Part shown: in pieces, positions 1-12,840 of the stretch | Position numbering within the stretch: position 1 is the first letter of the stretch | How the letters are laid out: the number at the start of each line of letters is the position of its first letter | DNA from: Octopus bimaculoides | Taxonomy: Eukaryota | DNA length: 64,000 bases | NCBI RefSeq assembly: GCF_001194135.2 | Contig: NC_068984.1 | Coordinates: forward strand, 135,020,842-135,084,841 | Direction of reading: 5' to 3' | The notes under the pieces: generated by a model | Told to the model about the DNA's origin: nothing | The model's database searches: none | What the model saw: the letters and a program-made list of their open reading frames with translations, nothing else | Position numbers and translations under genes: made by a program

Positions 1-293
1 GACACATGAGGTTTTTCGAGCGAGATCGTTGCCGGTGCCCCTGGACTGGCTCTTGTGCGGGTGGCACATAAAAGACACCATTTCGAGCGTGGCCGTTTTC
101 GTGCGGGTGACACGTAAAAGCACCCACTACACTCTCTGAGTGGTTGGCGTTAGGAAGGGCATCCAGCTGTAGAAACTCTGCCAAATTAGATTGGAGCCTG
201 GTGTTGCCATCCGGTTTCACCAGTCCTCAGTCAAATCGTCCAACCCATGCTAGCATGGATAGCGGACGTTAAACGATGATGATGATGATGATG
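1..293 (+). mobile_element. 3' end of a non-LTR retroposon/SINE ending in a (GAT)n tail (RTE-type tail, inferred)
   Basis: GC-rich relative to flanks. Internal direct repeat GTGCGGGTG(G/A)CAC(A/G)TAAAAG at ~55-74 and ~101-120. Ends ...GGACGTTAAAC(GAT)n at ~275-294. 5' part lies outside the window. Family assignment is from recollection, not a search. Confidence 0.5.
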
Positions 294-466
294 ATATATA
301 TAGCAAGCTTACGCATTCGCGTAGCAAGATTCCTGATGTTAAACTGTGTGTTGAAACAGAAATGTCGTGTTTCGGGATGGTATATTCTTTTTACCAAATA
401 AGCACAAGGCTCTATGTATTCGTTCTTCACTCTTTTATTACTGTACTTATTTTAACCTATGTCAAT

Positions 467-511
467 TGTCCGGAAATTTTTCTTCACATATCAGTGACTT
501 CTTCAGCGACA
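467..511 (-). ncRNA. degenerate minimal type-I hammerhead ribozyme motif
   Basis: Minus strand reads TGTCG-CTGAAGA-A-GTCAC-TGATAT-GTGAA-GAAA-AATT-TC-CGGACA. CUGANGA and GAAA cores intact, helix II GTCAC/GTGA(A) with closing mismatch, palindromic AATT in place of helix III, UUC triplet, helix I TGTC(-)G/CGGACA. Confidence 0.4.
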
Positions 512-713
512 CATTCCGTCCTTGGCCTTGGGTCTACTCCTACTCCGCTTATGAACTAAGTGAAGAGCGAATATATAGCGCGTGAGATTATTTGGCAAAA
601 AACAAAAACAAAACAAAAACAAATTACCATCCGGAAATGCAACAATTTACACACTCACACACACAAACATACATACACACACACACCCACACACACATTC
701 TTTTATACATTTA

Positions 714-1066
714 ATCTTTTACACGTTTCAGTCATTTGACTCCAGCCATGCTGGAGCACCACCTTGAGCGGATTTTAGTCGAATAAATCGACCCTAGGAC
801 TTATTTCTTAAGCCTAGTAATTATTCTAAAGTTTACTTTTATCGAACCGCTATGTTACAGGGATATAAACACATCAAACACCGGTTATCAAGCAGTGGTG
901 GGGATACAAACATAGACACAGAGAGACAGCCCCATAAATATACACGCGCGTGCCACTCACACATATACGGCGAGTTTCAGTTTCCTTCTACAAAATCCAC
1001 CCACAAAGCCTTAGTCGGCCCGCAATGGGACTGAACCCTGAACAATTTGGTTGGGAAGCAAGCTTT
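714..1066 (-). mobile_element. tRNA-derived SINE family A, diverged copy with internal deletion
   Basis: Aligns by eye with 12841-13263 and (reverse complement) 33381-33772: TTTCAGTCATTTGACT..CCATGCTGGAGCACCACCTT..GTCGA..ATCGACCC..GGGACTGAACCC. Confidence 0.75.
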
Positions 1067-2609
1067 TTTATTTCATAATCTGGCTATGGAATTCTTACAT
1101 AAATGGAACAAAGAAGGACAGATAAATATGGAAGCTGAAGAAGTTGCTTATTAGGAATAAAACAGTTTCGAATTATAAATTATAAATGTCATGCTGTTAA
1201 AAATTATATCTTTTTCGTTTTCCAAGGCATCCAGCCGCCAAGTTCGAACATTTATTTTCGTTCTGGCCCCACTTATCTGGTTCCAGTCACTCGCAGCTTG
1301 TTCACAACTTGTTGCCAATTTTTTCGCGAGGATATCCTGTGACAGGTATCTCTTCTCCAGCCTGATCTTGCTATCGTGGTGATAACTAAAGAAGTTAACC
1401 AATCCCTCGCCGGAGGTACTTGTCACTATACCTCTCACAAGAGTCTTCAAAACTTTCTTTCAGTATGGCTACTACGCAGAAAAAAAGCAAGGCTTCCTTT
1501 GTTTGTTAAGGGAAGAAGGCGGCACTGAGACAGTCGCGTCAACTTCCTTTTATTAAAGACACTTCTAGTCTGGTGCAATTCCATTCCTAAATTACGCATT
1601 GCAAACTGTTCTCAAAATTATAATCTAGACCATTATTACTGCGTTCTATTGTAGAAAGCAATGGATTGTAGGAAAATGATTACAATTGAAATCATCGTCA
1701 AGTTAAGTCGCTGCAAATCTCTTAATTTATGTCATGTTTACCGCATTTGCAGTTTGATTTCAGTTTCATATAACTATTAATTAGGCCCCAGCGGATATAT
1801 CTTGATATCTAGTTATATCTGGATTTCTAGATTGTTTGATGGTGCTATAAAGTAACATTGTATTCTGGCTAGTTATATATTATGTAATACTTTATAACAT
1901 AATCGAGTCGCTGCTTAGAGACGCTTGGTTAATCGACTAGAAATCTTATACTGGTTTGCCCGATGTAAGTTTTACAGACAAAATATTGATACCGGCATTA
2001 ACCAACGCCTTTTTTTTCTCAGAATTCCTTACTACTCAAGGCATAATGCATCAATATACCATCCGTAGCTTCTTACTCAGATGGTGAAGTCGAACACTTT
2101 TCGATACACTTGTAAACTTACGAAGGTTATGGCACAAGCTTAAACATCAAACAATTTACAAATATATCGAATTCTTTATAAAAATATTAAAAAAACAGAC
2201 ATAATTATAGCTTCTACACTCATGAATGCATATGAGCATGTATGTGCATATGTGTATGTATGTATGTGTATGTATGTGTATGTATATACTTATGCTTTAT
2301 ATGTGTATATATGTATATATTTACACACACACAAACATATATCTTCTCTATATTTATATATGCACACATATGTACATGTATATATATGTATATAAGTATA
2401 TTCGTATCTCTCTCTCAGTGTATATATATATATATATNNNNNNNNNNNNNNNNNNNNNNNNNNNNNNNNNNNNNNNNNNNNNNNNNNNNNNNNNNNNNNN
2501 NNNNNNNNNNNNNNNNNNNNNNNNNNNNNNNNNNNNNNNNNNNNNNNNNNNNNNNNNNNNNNNNNNNNNNNNNNNNNNNNNNNNNNNNNNNNNNNNNNNN
2601 NNNNNNNNN

Positions 2610-2640
<31 letters not shown>

Positions 2641-3561
2641 TGCTGTACATATAGAAATGATTTCATATATGAACTTGAACTTCAGTTTGGAAGCTCCGAT
2701 GAATCTATAAAATGCTGCACCACACTCAGCTCTGATTGTAAGGCAGCTTATAGCACAAACAGCTGTTAGCTAATGAAGTTCTTCATGTAATGTTCTGTTC
2801 CTTTGCCATTTATTCAATTTCACATTACACTCTGTAGTCAACTATCTCATTATTCTGAATCATGTGTATATTGTGATCTAACACCAGTTTAATACTACAG
2901 CTATACCTAAGCAAAACATTAATATGTGTGCGCGCATCGGTATATCTTTATGCTTTCGTACAACAAGAAACGTACCCAAGCGCGCGTGCATATATAGGAT
3001 AATACAATCAGAAACAAACACAAAGAAGTCACTTTATTTAGAAAAAAAACAAAAACAATCATTAAGCGTAAGGATTACTCGCATCGACCATGGAACAACA
3101 CCAACGTTGTCAGAATAGCTCTACTGGACTATAGTAAAAGATTAATCACACAAGAGCAAACAGACTAAGATACATCACATCCTCACGGAATTCTAAGCAA
3201 GCGAATAATTTCTAATGCATTGAAATCTATCTAACGGTCGAATAATATTTTTTCATGCCCGAAAGGTTTAGAAGTATTGTTCTATTTGGAGTCGGTCAAC
3301 GGAACTAGAACGTTAAGTTATCTGTTTTACCACTAAATCTAGTTGGCCTTAACATAGCTTATAACTCACACACACAGACACACACACACACACACACTAA
3401 AACATACACACTAGCACACATCCAACCACATATTATTAGGTATGCATGTATAGATATGAATTTGCGAGTTTAGAGTGCACACAACACATAAATGCACTCA
3501 CACACACACACACACAAACGCAGACAAGCAAACATTCTTATATAAGGATATTTGTTTGTAG

Positions 3562-3596
<35 letters not shown>

Positions 3597-5214
3597 ATGT
3601 GCGAGTGAGTGTGTGTGAGTGTGTGTGTGAGTGTGTGAATGTGTGTGTGCGTGTGTGTGCGTGTGTGTGCTTGTATCTTCAAGTCAGCAGTATATATATC
3701 GTTGTTGACAGTAAATAAAAGAACAAGACAATGGGATGTTGAATGAATATTGAAAAAAGGCAATGAAGAAAGGAAATAGAAAATTTGAAATGGTTGAAGA
3801 GATTTATAGAAAAAACAAAAAATGGAATGAAAGAATGAACAAAATAGTATGAGTAAGAAGGGGAGATAATTAAGTGATGTTCCAGGGAAGCGAAAAATGT
3901 GAAAGAGTGTGTTCTGTGAATTATTTCTTGTTGAGGTAAATGTTGTGGTAAGAATCAAGTAGGCGTAAGATCGACGCTGTAGACATTGAACAAACACTGA
4001 AATAGTGAAGGAAATCAAGCGAAAGATAAAGTATAATTGCTGAGAGGATCTATGATCATAGCCTGTATATCTAATTTCTTAATAGATTCAAAACGATAAT
4101 AGAATACATAATAAAATCTGTACTTTTATAATTTGTTATTATTTATGTAATCATTTTTCATAAATGAAATTTCTCGGGAAATATGAGTAAGAACTACTTT
4201 TTAGTAATTGCTGAAAGAAAGGCGAAAGTAGAATAAGAACCTTGGAATGTGATTGATTCTACATAAAACTAGTGATTTAAGGAAAATACACTTTATTTAG
4301 AGTTAATATTTTTCTTAGCGGCATTAACATGAAGTTGTTGCTGAACCAATTGAATTCTGCATCTCCATATGAACAGTGTTTGCTGAAGACGTACGAATGT
4401 ATCATTCATTTGGTGACTTAACGAATCAACATCTTCAATGTACAATGTTCTATTGAACTGAACATATTGCAGTATTTATTTACAGGTGTTTGCTTCGTAT
4501 TTGCAAATCCCTCTCACATCAGCTTTAGTTCTCATCATCATGGCTTCATGGAGTTGATACCAGTCAAGTGCTATAACACATTCATCTGACCGTATGAATT
4601 ACTACAAGAAGTTGCCATTTGTTTGAAATAAAACTCATATATTTCACAGTAATTATGGAATAAAACGGAAAAGTAAGAATTCACCTCTCATTATGAATTC
4701 ATGGTTTCCGTTGGCCAACAAGTTTTTTAAAGACCTAAGCAGGTTGCCCAATCCAAAAGTACTATAGGTATATAAATAGTCGTAGCATTTTAATACTGAC
4801 AAATGAAATGAACGATAGTAAACCGTTTAAATAAAAGTATTTGTATGTTTCTGTTTCAGAATTAAAACCGAAATTACATTGATCTTCTTTAACTTTGACA
4901 GTGAATATTCAAGTAGTTTGATTAATTTAGATACATATTCAGAAACTACAATGTAGGTAGGTGAGAGCTGCGTTGGGATATTCGTTCAGTAAACTCTTGT
5001 TGCAGAATGAACGTGACACAGAATGTGGCAATGCTTAATTTGAGAGGCACGATACATCGGGTGTTTTCATCCAGTTTCACTCCCAAATGTTAAGCCGATC
5101 CGAAGCCGTTACAAAAGATATTTACTCTACATTGCAGACTCTTTAACTCATTAGGTCCATGCAAATTTGAATTTGTACGGTTTGTTCATTGTTTATAATC
5201 ATGTGATCATCGAG

Positions 5215-5875
5215 CTCCCTTAAATGCTGCAGCCAGTCTTTGGAACGCTACTCTTGACGTTTTTGCAGTTAGTCGTCCCCATTGGTCTCTGATATCTGTC
5301 ATGTGTAGTAGGTTTGCGCTGTTGTTACCTGTCCAGTCATTAATGTTTTCGAACCAAGATTTTCTCTGCCACCTTTTCGACTGCCATCAACTGTATTCTG
5401 GACAGAGACTTATGACGGTATACTTAACCATACGATGTAAACCCTTGTCTTTTTACCTCCTCAAGTAGCTAGTCCTATCTGTCACCATATTTGTTGGCTG
5501 GTTGCCTGGTAAAGGCTTTCATTTTGAGCTCTGTTTAAGAGATGCATAGCAGCCTTCTGATTGCTTGGCTTCTTGGCTCTGTTAGGTGTAATAGCCCAGC
5601 CCTCACATCCGTACAGAAGTATCGAACTCACCAGAGATTTGTTTACTCTGTGTCGTTGGAATTTCTTATTCATATGGTGTTCAGCTTCATCATGGAGGCA
5701 GGAGCTAAGTTGAACCTTCTTATCTCTTTTCGACGTTGTCCACTGCGTCAAGTGTAGCTCCATTCAACTTAATGTTCGCCGCTGTGTTTTGGCTGTTATT
5801 ATTAATCAGGATATTTCTCTTTTCTGGGATGATCTCCATCCCGTGTATTCCTGATACTTTTTCCTGTCTGGTGGT
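5215..5875 (-). mobile_element. RTE-clade LINE, 3' reverse-transcriptase/thumb fragment (frameshifted pseudogene)
   Basis: Frames give HGMEIIPEKRNILIN..ANIKLNGATLDAVD and SLVSSILLYGCEGWAIT, then a decayed TVDGSR.GGQRKSWFENINDWTG-like stretch near 5330-5400. These match RTE RT motifs YGMEIS.EKSKILVN, SILLYGCESWTL and TILQG.VEG.RRRGRQRKSW.DNI..WTG. Confidence 0.8.
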
Positions 5876-6349
5876 GAGTTCCTTTTGTCTCCTGTAGTTT
5901 CGCGTCACTGCTTCGGAGCGGGTCAATATCATTAACAAAGCGCACGTTTGTTTTTGTTTCTTCTCTAGACAATTATAACCTACAAACTTCCAAAGATGTG
6001 TGTAGAATGTCCAGTTATGAACAATATATAAAGTAGAGAAGCTACTTAATTTTGTTTCAATCATCGTATCGCTGATGATATTTTAAAATTTATTCTGTGG
6101 TAATATTTTTTTTCATAAAATTTCAATTCGCTCTATTGTATCGATTCATTTTAACATTCGTCTTTTTTAGAACTTGCCTGTCCCACGACACACATTTTGG
6201 TAAGCCCTTATAAGACTTGGGGCTAATCACCCCCCCCCCCACCATTAACACCAAGAAAAGAGGGAAAAGGAGAGAGCAGCAATTGTTCTTCATATGTATC
6301 GCACTGTTCAGTTTTCCTATTCTTTCGCCCCCACACAGGTGCTAGTCCA

Positions 6350-7560
6350 GCGACCGTAACTATGCTCTGGTCTCATATTAGTATCAAACTCCATTGTTCT
6401 CCTGACCGGCTTCCTTTTGTCATTTTGGTGACAGCGGCTTCGAAACAGTCTCAGTAGTTTCTTGTGGTTTCCCGCATAAAGTGTTCAATGCATTTAACTT
6501 ACATTTTATAACGTAGAAGCTATAGTTTATAAATGGGATGGACAATTCATTTTATATCTAATACCTTATTTCTAACATTAATTTCAGTTTTTATTAGTTT
6601 GACTCTACTATAGAACTCTTGTATAATATCTCCTTCACTGTATGATGTATCTGAACATTTTCGTCTACATCTGGATATTTTTATGGTTGGCACTGTTATA
6701 ATGATCTAATTTCGGTGTCTGTATCTAATTTCATGTTCTCATTTATAGTTAACTTTCTCCTTTTATAGTACCTTTGGGGCATATGTCTAATCCCAAACAC
6801 ATTTTATGTTCTGGTTGAATTTATGAACAATTTTTATTAGGTCATCAACTGGGTATTATACCGTGTAAATGCTATTACTACACCCACATGAGAGAGTTTC
6901 TAGTTTATCTATAGCATCTAAGGATGGGTTCTTTTATTCAATAGATTTGATAATGTGATCAGAGGGACGTTTTTGCCTTGAAGATTCCTGTTCGCATTAG
7001 AATAGGACTGGATTTGATGATTCTATCTTTGCTTTGCAGTGATATTCTTGCTTTCTATTTTGTTTTGTTACGGGTGACGCACTCTGTAAGCTTCGTCTCT
7101 ACTATGTATTTGAGAAAGTGTTTAGAATACAAAAATGGCGAATACTAGTCAGACAAGACCATATTTGATGACCACATTTTAATGTTTTCGATAATAGGCC
7201 ACGTATCGTGTGTGTAGCCCTGAACTCGCCGGTGTTTCTATTTCAGAACATTAATGCTGGTCCTTTCTCGAAGAACAATAAAAGTGTTGGTCGTAGTCTC
7301 CTCAACTGGTCAATGAATATTCTCCCACTTAATTCTGAGATCTAGTTATATATGCTACAAATAAGAAGTAAGTATCTTTCTAATTCTGGAGCTTTCCAGA
7401 TGTTCGAATTTCTTAATGAGTTGCTGAATTCATTACTGGCTATATTCAGTTATCTTTGCGATGCCACTATATATTTTAGCCCCTTGTCTGCTTGATATTT
7501 CGGTCCTTATTTCGTTGTGCTGAATAATTTGTTTCTATATTCTCACCCGGTATACTTCAT
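6350..7560 (-). mobile_element. R4/Dong-like non-LTR retrotransposon, decayed reverse-transcriptase region
   Basis: Ordered motifs on the minus strand with stops/frameshifts: NSNIWKAPE (~7390; cf. NWKAPG), RTGIFK (~6985; cf. RGIFQGD), VDDLIKIVHKFNQNIKM.FGLDICPKGTIK (~6770-6845; cf. FS.DIGMEFGLDKCAK), EFYSRVKLIKTEINVRNKV (~6560-6620; cf. EYYRRVR.ILK.ELNA.NK). Confidence 0.75.
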
Positions 7561-7738
7561 GTTCCATTGATGCTGGAAGATTTTGCGTTGTTATGTATTA
7601 TATTAATACACGAAATTTTATTAGAGTTATGAATGGGACTAGTTGTTTTTTTTCTTCTTTTGTTTCTAATATCAATGCTGCATTCATAGCAGTGGCAGTC
7701 AGCGTTCCAATTGAAAAGTTGTTGCCTGCTGTGATAAA

Positions 7739-7825
7739 CTTTACACATAGGGATGGAAAAATTATCAACAAAAGCAACAACCGATATTACTTTTGTTGAC
7801 AATTTTTCCATCTGTATGTGTAAAG
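7739..7825. repeat. 87-bp near-perfect inverted repeat (hairpin)
   Basis: 7739-7749 pairs with 7815-7825 (11/11). A 2-nt internal mismatch follows. 7752-7774 pairs with 7790-7812 (22/23; G-U on minus strand). On the minus strand 5 more pairs close a 5-nt loop. Confidence 0.9.
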
Positions 7826-8419
7826 ATTCAAATATATGAGCTCCAAATTTTGGCAAAAAAAAAAAAAAAAAAATTCGGGGGAGAGAAAATGTGATTAGGA
7901 AAGGGTGGTCAGCTTTGCTCAGAAATAAGCCAAGGAATTGTGGGCTTTGAGAGGTTGAGAAGAAACCTTAGTTATATACTAATGCAGATCATTCTATTTG
8001 TTCCAGGAAACAGTTAATTAAACTGAAGTGTCTGCTCTTCCAGTTGATATAGAAGAGGCAGTTGCCGCCTATCAAGAAATGAAATTGAAAATATCAATCA
8101 CAATATAGTGGTGTTGCAATACTCTAGCTTGCCTTACGTTGGCGCACTCTGAGGCTGATGGACTTGGAGAAATATACTGAGCACTGGGACGGTTACAACG
8201 ACAACAAAGTCAAGTCAAAATATCGTAGTTACTTTTCAAGCGACATCCCTTTCTGTATCTTATTAAATAGATCGAAGATTAATTATGGGTCAGGCGTAGC
8301 CCGATGTTAGGTGTATGACTACTAGAATGCTACCAAACATACCTATCAGCTGCACAGTCTCCATTTCTAGGAAAAAAAATTCACGCATTATATAAAGATT
8401 CAGGGAAGAATGCGGACAA

Positions 8420-9060
8420 AAGGCTGTGAAACACTTTGTATGTCAAGCAGTTTCTACTGGATGATTTTCTAGTCAAGACTATAGCCATTGGACATTACCC
8501 GTTGAGACAAAGCTATACAGGCAATGAAGTGTCAATCCCCGATCCTGTACGCACGAATACAAAATCAACGTGCAGCTATCGTTCACTATCAGTGTATTGT
8601 TGATGTGTGAGTTTGTGCCGAATTTTTCCTGTCACTTTTGGAAGAAATCTGTTTATCATTCTTTCTATTATGAAAATAGACGTACCACATTCATTTGGCA
8701 AAGGTAAACGAATACTTTGACTGAGTGATGTTTATGGCCAAAGGAGTTATATGGTTAATTAGTCTGAATTGTTTGAAGGTAGAACATTTCATCACTAGCC
8801 AATCTCTCAGGTTAATTTAATTACCACCTGAAAAGGCAAAGTGAGAATAGAGAAGGCGTTGCCAAGGTAGCTGCGGTTTACGAAAACTGTGTTATAGTGA
8901 CATTATAGGAAATGCTGAGACGAGGATACTCGAAATATGCATTTCTATGAGGACCAAACCTGTCACATTTGATGTCTTAGTGCAGGTGCAGTAATTTGTG
9001 TGTTTGGCGGTCCCTAGAAGTACTAAAGATGTTCTCTTCTCCACCACAATGCGGAGCTTT
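8420..9060 (+). mobile_element. possible very old CR1/L2-like LINE remnant
   Basis: Only faint ordered echoes of RT motifs (TKLY ~8510, QRA ~8570, VP..LFII ~8615-8660, H.L..VQV ~8965-8990). Could be chance. Confidence 0.2.
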
Positions 9061-9894
9061 TTGAGGTGAAATAGCTATTATTATCCTGTTTTTTGTTGAT
9101 CTTATTTTTACTCGATATAGATCACCAGTTTTTTTTCGTTTTTATCTCGTCTGTGTATTATCCTCATCATCATTGCGGGCTGCAGCAGAGCAGCATAGCA
9201 GCATAGCAGCATCAACACTGCCACCATAAACACCACCACCACCACCACCACCAAAACCACCACCACCACCACCAAAACNNNNNNNNNNNNNNNNNNNNNN
9301 NNNNNNNNNNNNNNNNNNNNNNNNNNNNNNNNNNNNNNNNNNNNNNNNNNNNNNNNNNNNNNNNNNNNNNNNNNNNNNNNNNNNNNNNNNNNNNNNNNNN
9401 NNNNNNNNNNNNNNNNNNNNNNNNNNNNNNNNNNNNNNNNNNNTATTGTAATTTGCTTAAATATTTTATTCCTTAGAAGAATTACGAAATCTAGAAGAAC
9501 GTTATGCTTTCTATAATGCTCTATCTGATAGGTGTCGCTGCTATCATCATACACATCCACTGGTCTGCACAGTGAAATTCTCTGAGAATTACGTTAAGGG
9601 AACATGTGCCTGTGGAGTGCTCAACCACTTGTACAACAATTCCACGATCAGGCTGTTTCGTTGATCAAATCAACTAGAACCCTTATCGTCGTAACCGACG
9701 GAGGGCCAGTAATATGGTTACTAGTTATCAACATAAGATTTTTTGACAATTCATTGGTAGTTACTGATCTACCGTGTCAAATATAGTCCAAAGTAAGATA
9801 AGATTTCACAGAAAAGTACCTTCGAATGGCGCTGCGGACACTTTATAACTGAAGTATCACTGAACTGTCCCTGCTACCTATTACTCAATGTGAA

Positions 9895-10230
9895 GGCGCA
9901 TGGCTCAGTGGTTAGAGTGTCGAGTTACGATCGTGAGGTTGTAAGTTAGAATCCCGGACCGGGCTGCGTGTTGTGTTCTTGGGCAAGACACTTTATTTCA
10001 CGTTGCTTCAGTTCACTCAGCTGTCGAAATGAGTTGCGACGTCACAGGTGCCAAGCTGTATCAGCCTCTTTGCCTTTCTCTTGGATAACACTGGTGGCAT
10101 GGAGTGGGGAAGCCGGTATGCATGGGCGACTGCTGGCCTCCCATAAAACAACCTTGCCCGGACTTGTCCTTGGGAGGGTAACATTCTAGGAGCAATTCCA
10201 TGGTCAGTCATGACCGAAGGATGTCTCTCT
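9895..10230 (+). mobile_element. tRNA-derived CORE-type SINE (family C), near full length
   Basis: A box TGGCTCAGTGG (9901-9911), B-box-like GTTAGAATCC (9945-9954), then TTGGGCAAGACACTTT..CTTCAGTTCACTCAGCTGTCGAAATGAG, which resembles the MIR/CORE domain TTGGGCAAGTCACTTAA..CCTCAGTTTCCTCATCTGTAAAATGGG. Confidence 0.85.
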
Positions 10231-11797
10231 CTCCCTCATTACTTAATAGAAATTGTACACATTTCCTTGTACACATTTCCTTGTAAATAGCTGAAAGCAG
10301 TTACAAATACCGAAATGCTTAAACAAACGGTATGCTGAATTGCTCTGTATCGAGGGGTAGATTTCAATCACAGATATAACTATATAATATTCCTATAATG
10401 TCATACTGTTTTATGTTACAGATACTCAGCACGAAGGGAACATTTTCAATGTCTGAGCGTTCTATAAAACGCACCATCACCACAAAGCTATTCCGACGTA
10501 TTGTAAATAACTTGATAGAGCCATAGAGTGATTGACGCTAACTGAATCAAAGATAGAATTATTTACTGATATAAAGGATTGATTGAACTAATTGGCGCGA
10601 AACAGATTTACGCCTCTGATTAATTATTAAGCAAGGCAAAATATTGTTTAATTTGACTGCATTGTAAGAAATGGTGGGGGATAATTAATTACTTTGTATG
10701 AAGTGGAAAAAAATATTTCGCTAAGATTCAATTATATCATCGAATTTTCTTTCGAATATATTTCTTTTGTATTATTCTATTCCTTTCGGATGTACAATAT
10801 CGTTGTCCGCCATGTTGCTTTAGTGTGTAACACACACAAACATACAGGTTGGCATGTGCACATACACATACTGCAGACACATTCAGAAAAATCATTAAGA
10901 ACGGCCTGGAGATAGTAGAAAGAAAGTTGCATTTAGATAAATGGCTTATCTCTAAAGCGTAACAGAAAAATCCATTAGGGCAACAATCAGATGAGTTCGT
11001 TAATAGTCAATATCACATAGAAATATGCAGAAGTTACAGATCTTGCAATGTTAACGCAGGAGGTGGAGATACCTAGGAATGAAATATTTTAAATACTGAC
11101 GCTAAATATATTGGATGTTTTACACAATGAGAAGATATTAGTTAATATCCGTCGTTTCCTATAGATTTACATGGCTTTTACATTCGGGAACAAAACTACA
11201 ACAGGAAGCAAACTGTATTAAATGTTTTTACGCCATTCTAGCCGGAAGGTCTTGTTGCATCAACGTAAGAATCAGTGTAATATTCTATGTCTTTACCAAT
11301 ATTGTTCACAACAATGTGTAACATCTCATGCACAAACACGACTATAATTTTGCAATTCAAGAAATGCTAGACATAATTTCATCATGTATTCGATTGTATA
11401 CAAATCTAACCAGCCTTCAGCACGAAATAATTTTATGTCAGTTTGAAAGTAGTGGAAAAAAGACATATATAATATTTCAACAATTTAAAAGTAAAAATAA
11501 GCAGCATTTTAATTACTCACTGCTATTGCTATGTGATTAAATTGAGAGAAGATATTAGAATAATATTTATATTCGTGTAAAAAAAAAAACTAACAATTTA
11601 CAGGTTTGTTGAAGTATGTATGTTAAAAGCTTGTGTTGGTTTCACTGTGCTTGTGGAGAGCCATATCGTTGCTACGGCAGGAATAAGCATCATTTGTTCA
11701 TTCCATGGTTATATTAATTCTCTCTTTACCGGTCACCATCCCACGTCTCTCTTCCGCTCTCTCTCTCTGTTTCTCTATCTCGGTATACATACATACG

Positions 11798-11799
<2 letters not shown>

Positions 11800-11834
<35 letters not shown>

Positions 11835-12076
11835 GCACGCACACACACACACACGCACACACACATAATACNNNNNNNNNNNNNNNNNNNNNNNNNNNNN
11901 NNNNNNNNNNNNNNNNNNNNNNNNNNNNNNNNNNNNNNNNNNNNNNNNNNNNNNNNNNNNNNNNNNNNNNNNNNNNNNNNNNNNNNNNNNNNNNNNNNNN
12001 NNNNNNNNNNNNNNNNNNNNNNNNNNNNNNNNNNNNNNNNNNNNNNNNNNNNNNNNNNNNNNNNNNNNNNNNNNNN

Positions 12077-12140
<64 letters not shown>
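11800..12140. repeat. (CA)n microsatellite spanning N-gap 11872-12076
   Basis: Direct reading. Representative of many (CA)n/(TA)n tracts (e.g. 3361-3420, 3576-3670, 21940-22350, 25346-25421, 59087-59150) that generate the HT/CV/YI ORFs. Confidence 0.95.
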
Positions 12141-12151
<11 letters not shown>

Positions 12152-12840
12152 CTGTATTTATTGATACACAAATACATATTTTCATATTGTATATAAATGC
12201 ATATCTATCTATCTATCGCTATATATGTATATGTATATATATATATTATATACTTATGCATAAGTTTGTATGTGTGTGCGAGTATGTGCGCGTGCATAAT
12301 ATTTGAGTAAATATATTTACTTATTATTCTATCGCTTTTGCATGCAGAAAGTCGTGAACATTTTATACGAATGTGATTTTTGTATACACAGTAATTCGAA
12401 TAAATGTATGCACTTTACAACTTTACACGATCTGCCTGACTATTTTTGTGTGTGTACGTTAAATGTTTATGTGCAAATAACACACAAGAATATTTTTACA
12501 TACGTACATATTTACATATGCACATATATATAAACACACAACGACACATAGATTCAGACACAGGCATGCACATTTGCTTGTGTCTTTGTTTTTGTGTATA
12601 GTTATATTGGTGTTATTATCTCTCTAAAGTAGAATGAACTACAAAGTAAGAAAAACACTTATATTCGTTACTGAGTAACAATATGTTTATATTTTTATTA
12701 GAGTAGATAAATTCAAACATGTTTCAACTATTTTTAGTCTTATCAGCTGAGGTCTGACTTCACGTAACATGTCGAGTCAAAGACAGAATTGTTATGAACA
12801 CATTGAAGCATGCACCATTTATGGTGTAGGCGTATAGAAC

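Noticed and set aside
9895-9965. tRNA genes (also 13190-13263 and 36955-37020)
   Set aside because: A/B boxes are present but there is no proper cloverleaf or acceptor stem, and each continues into a SINE body.
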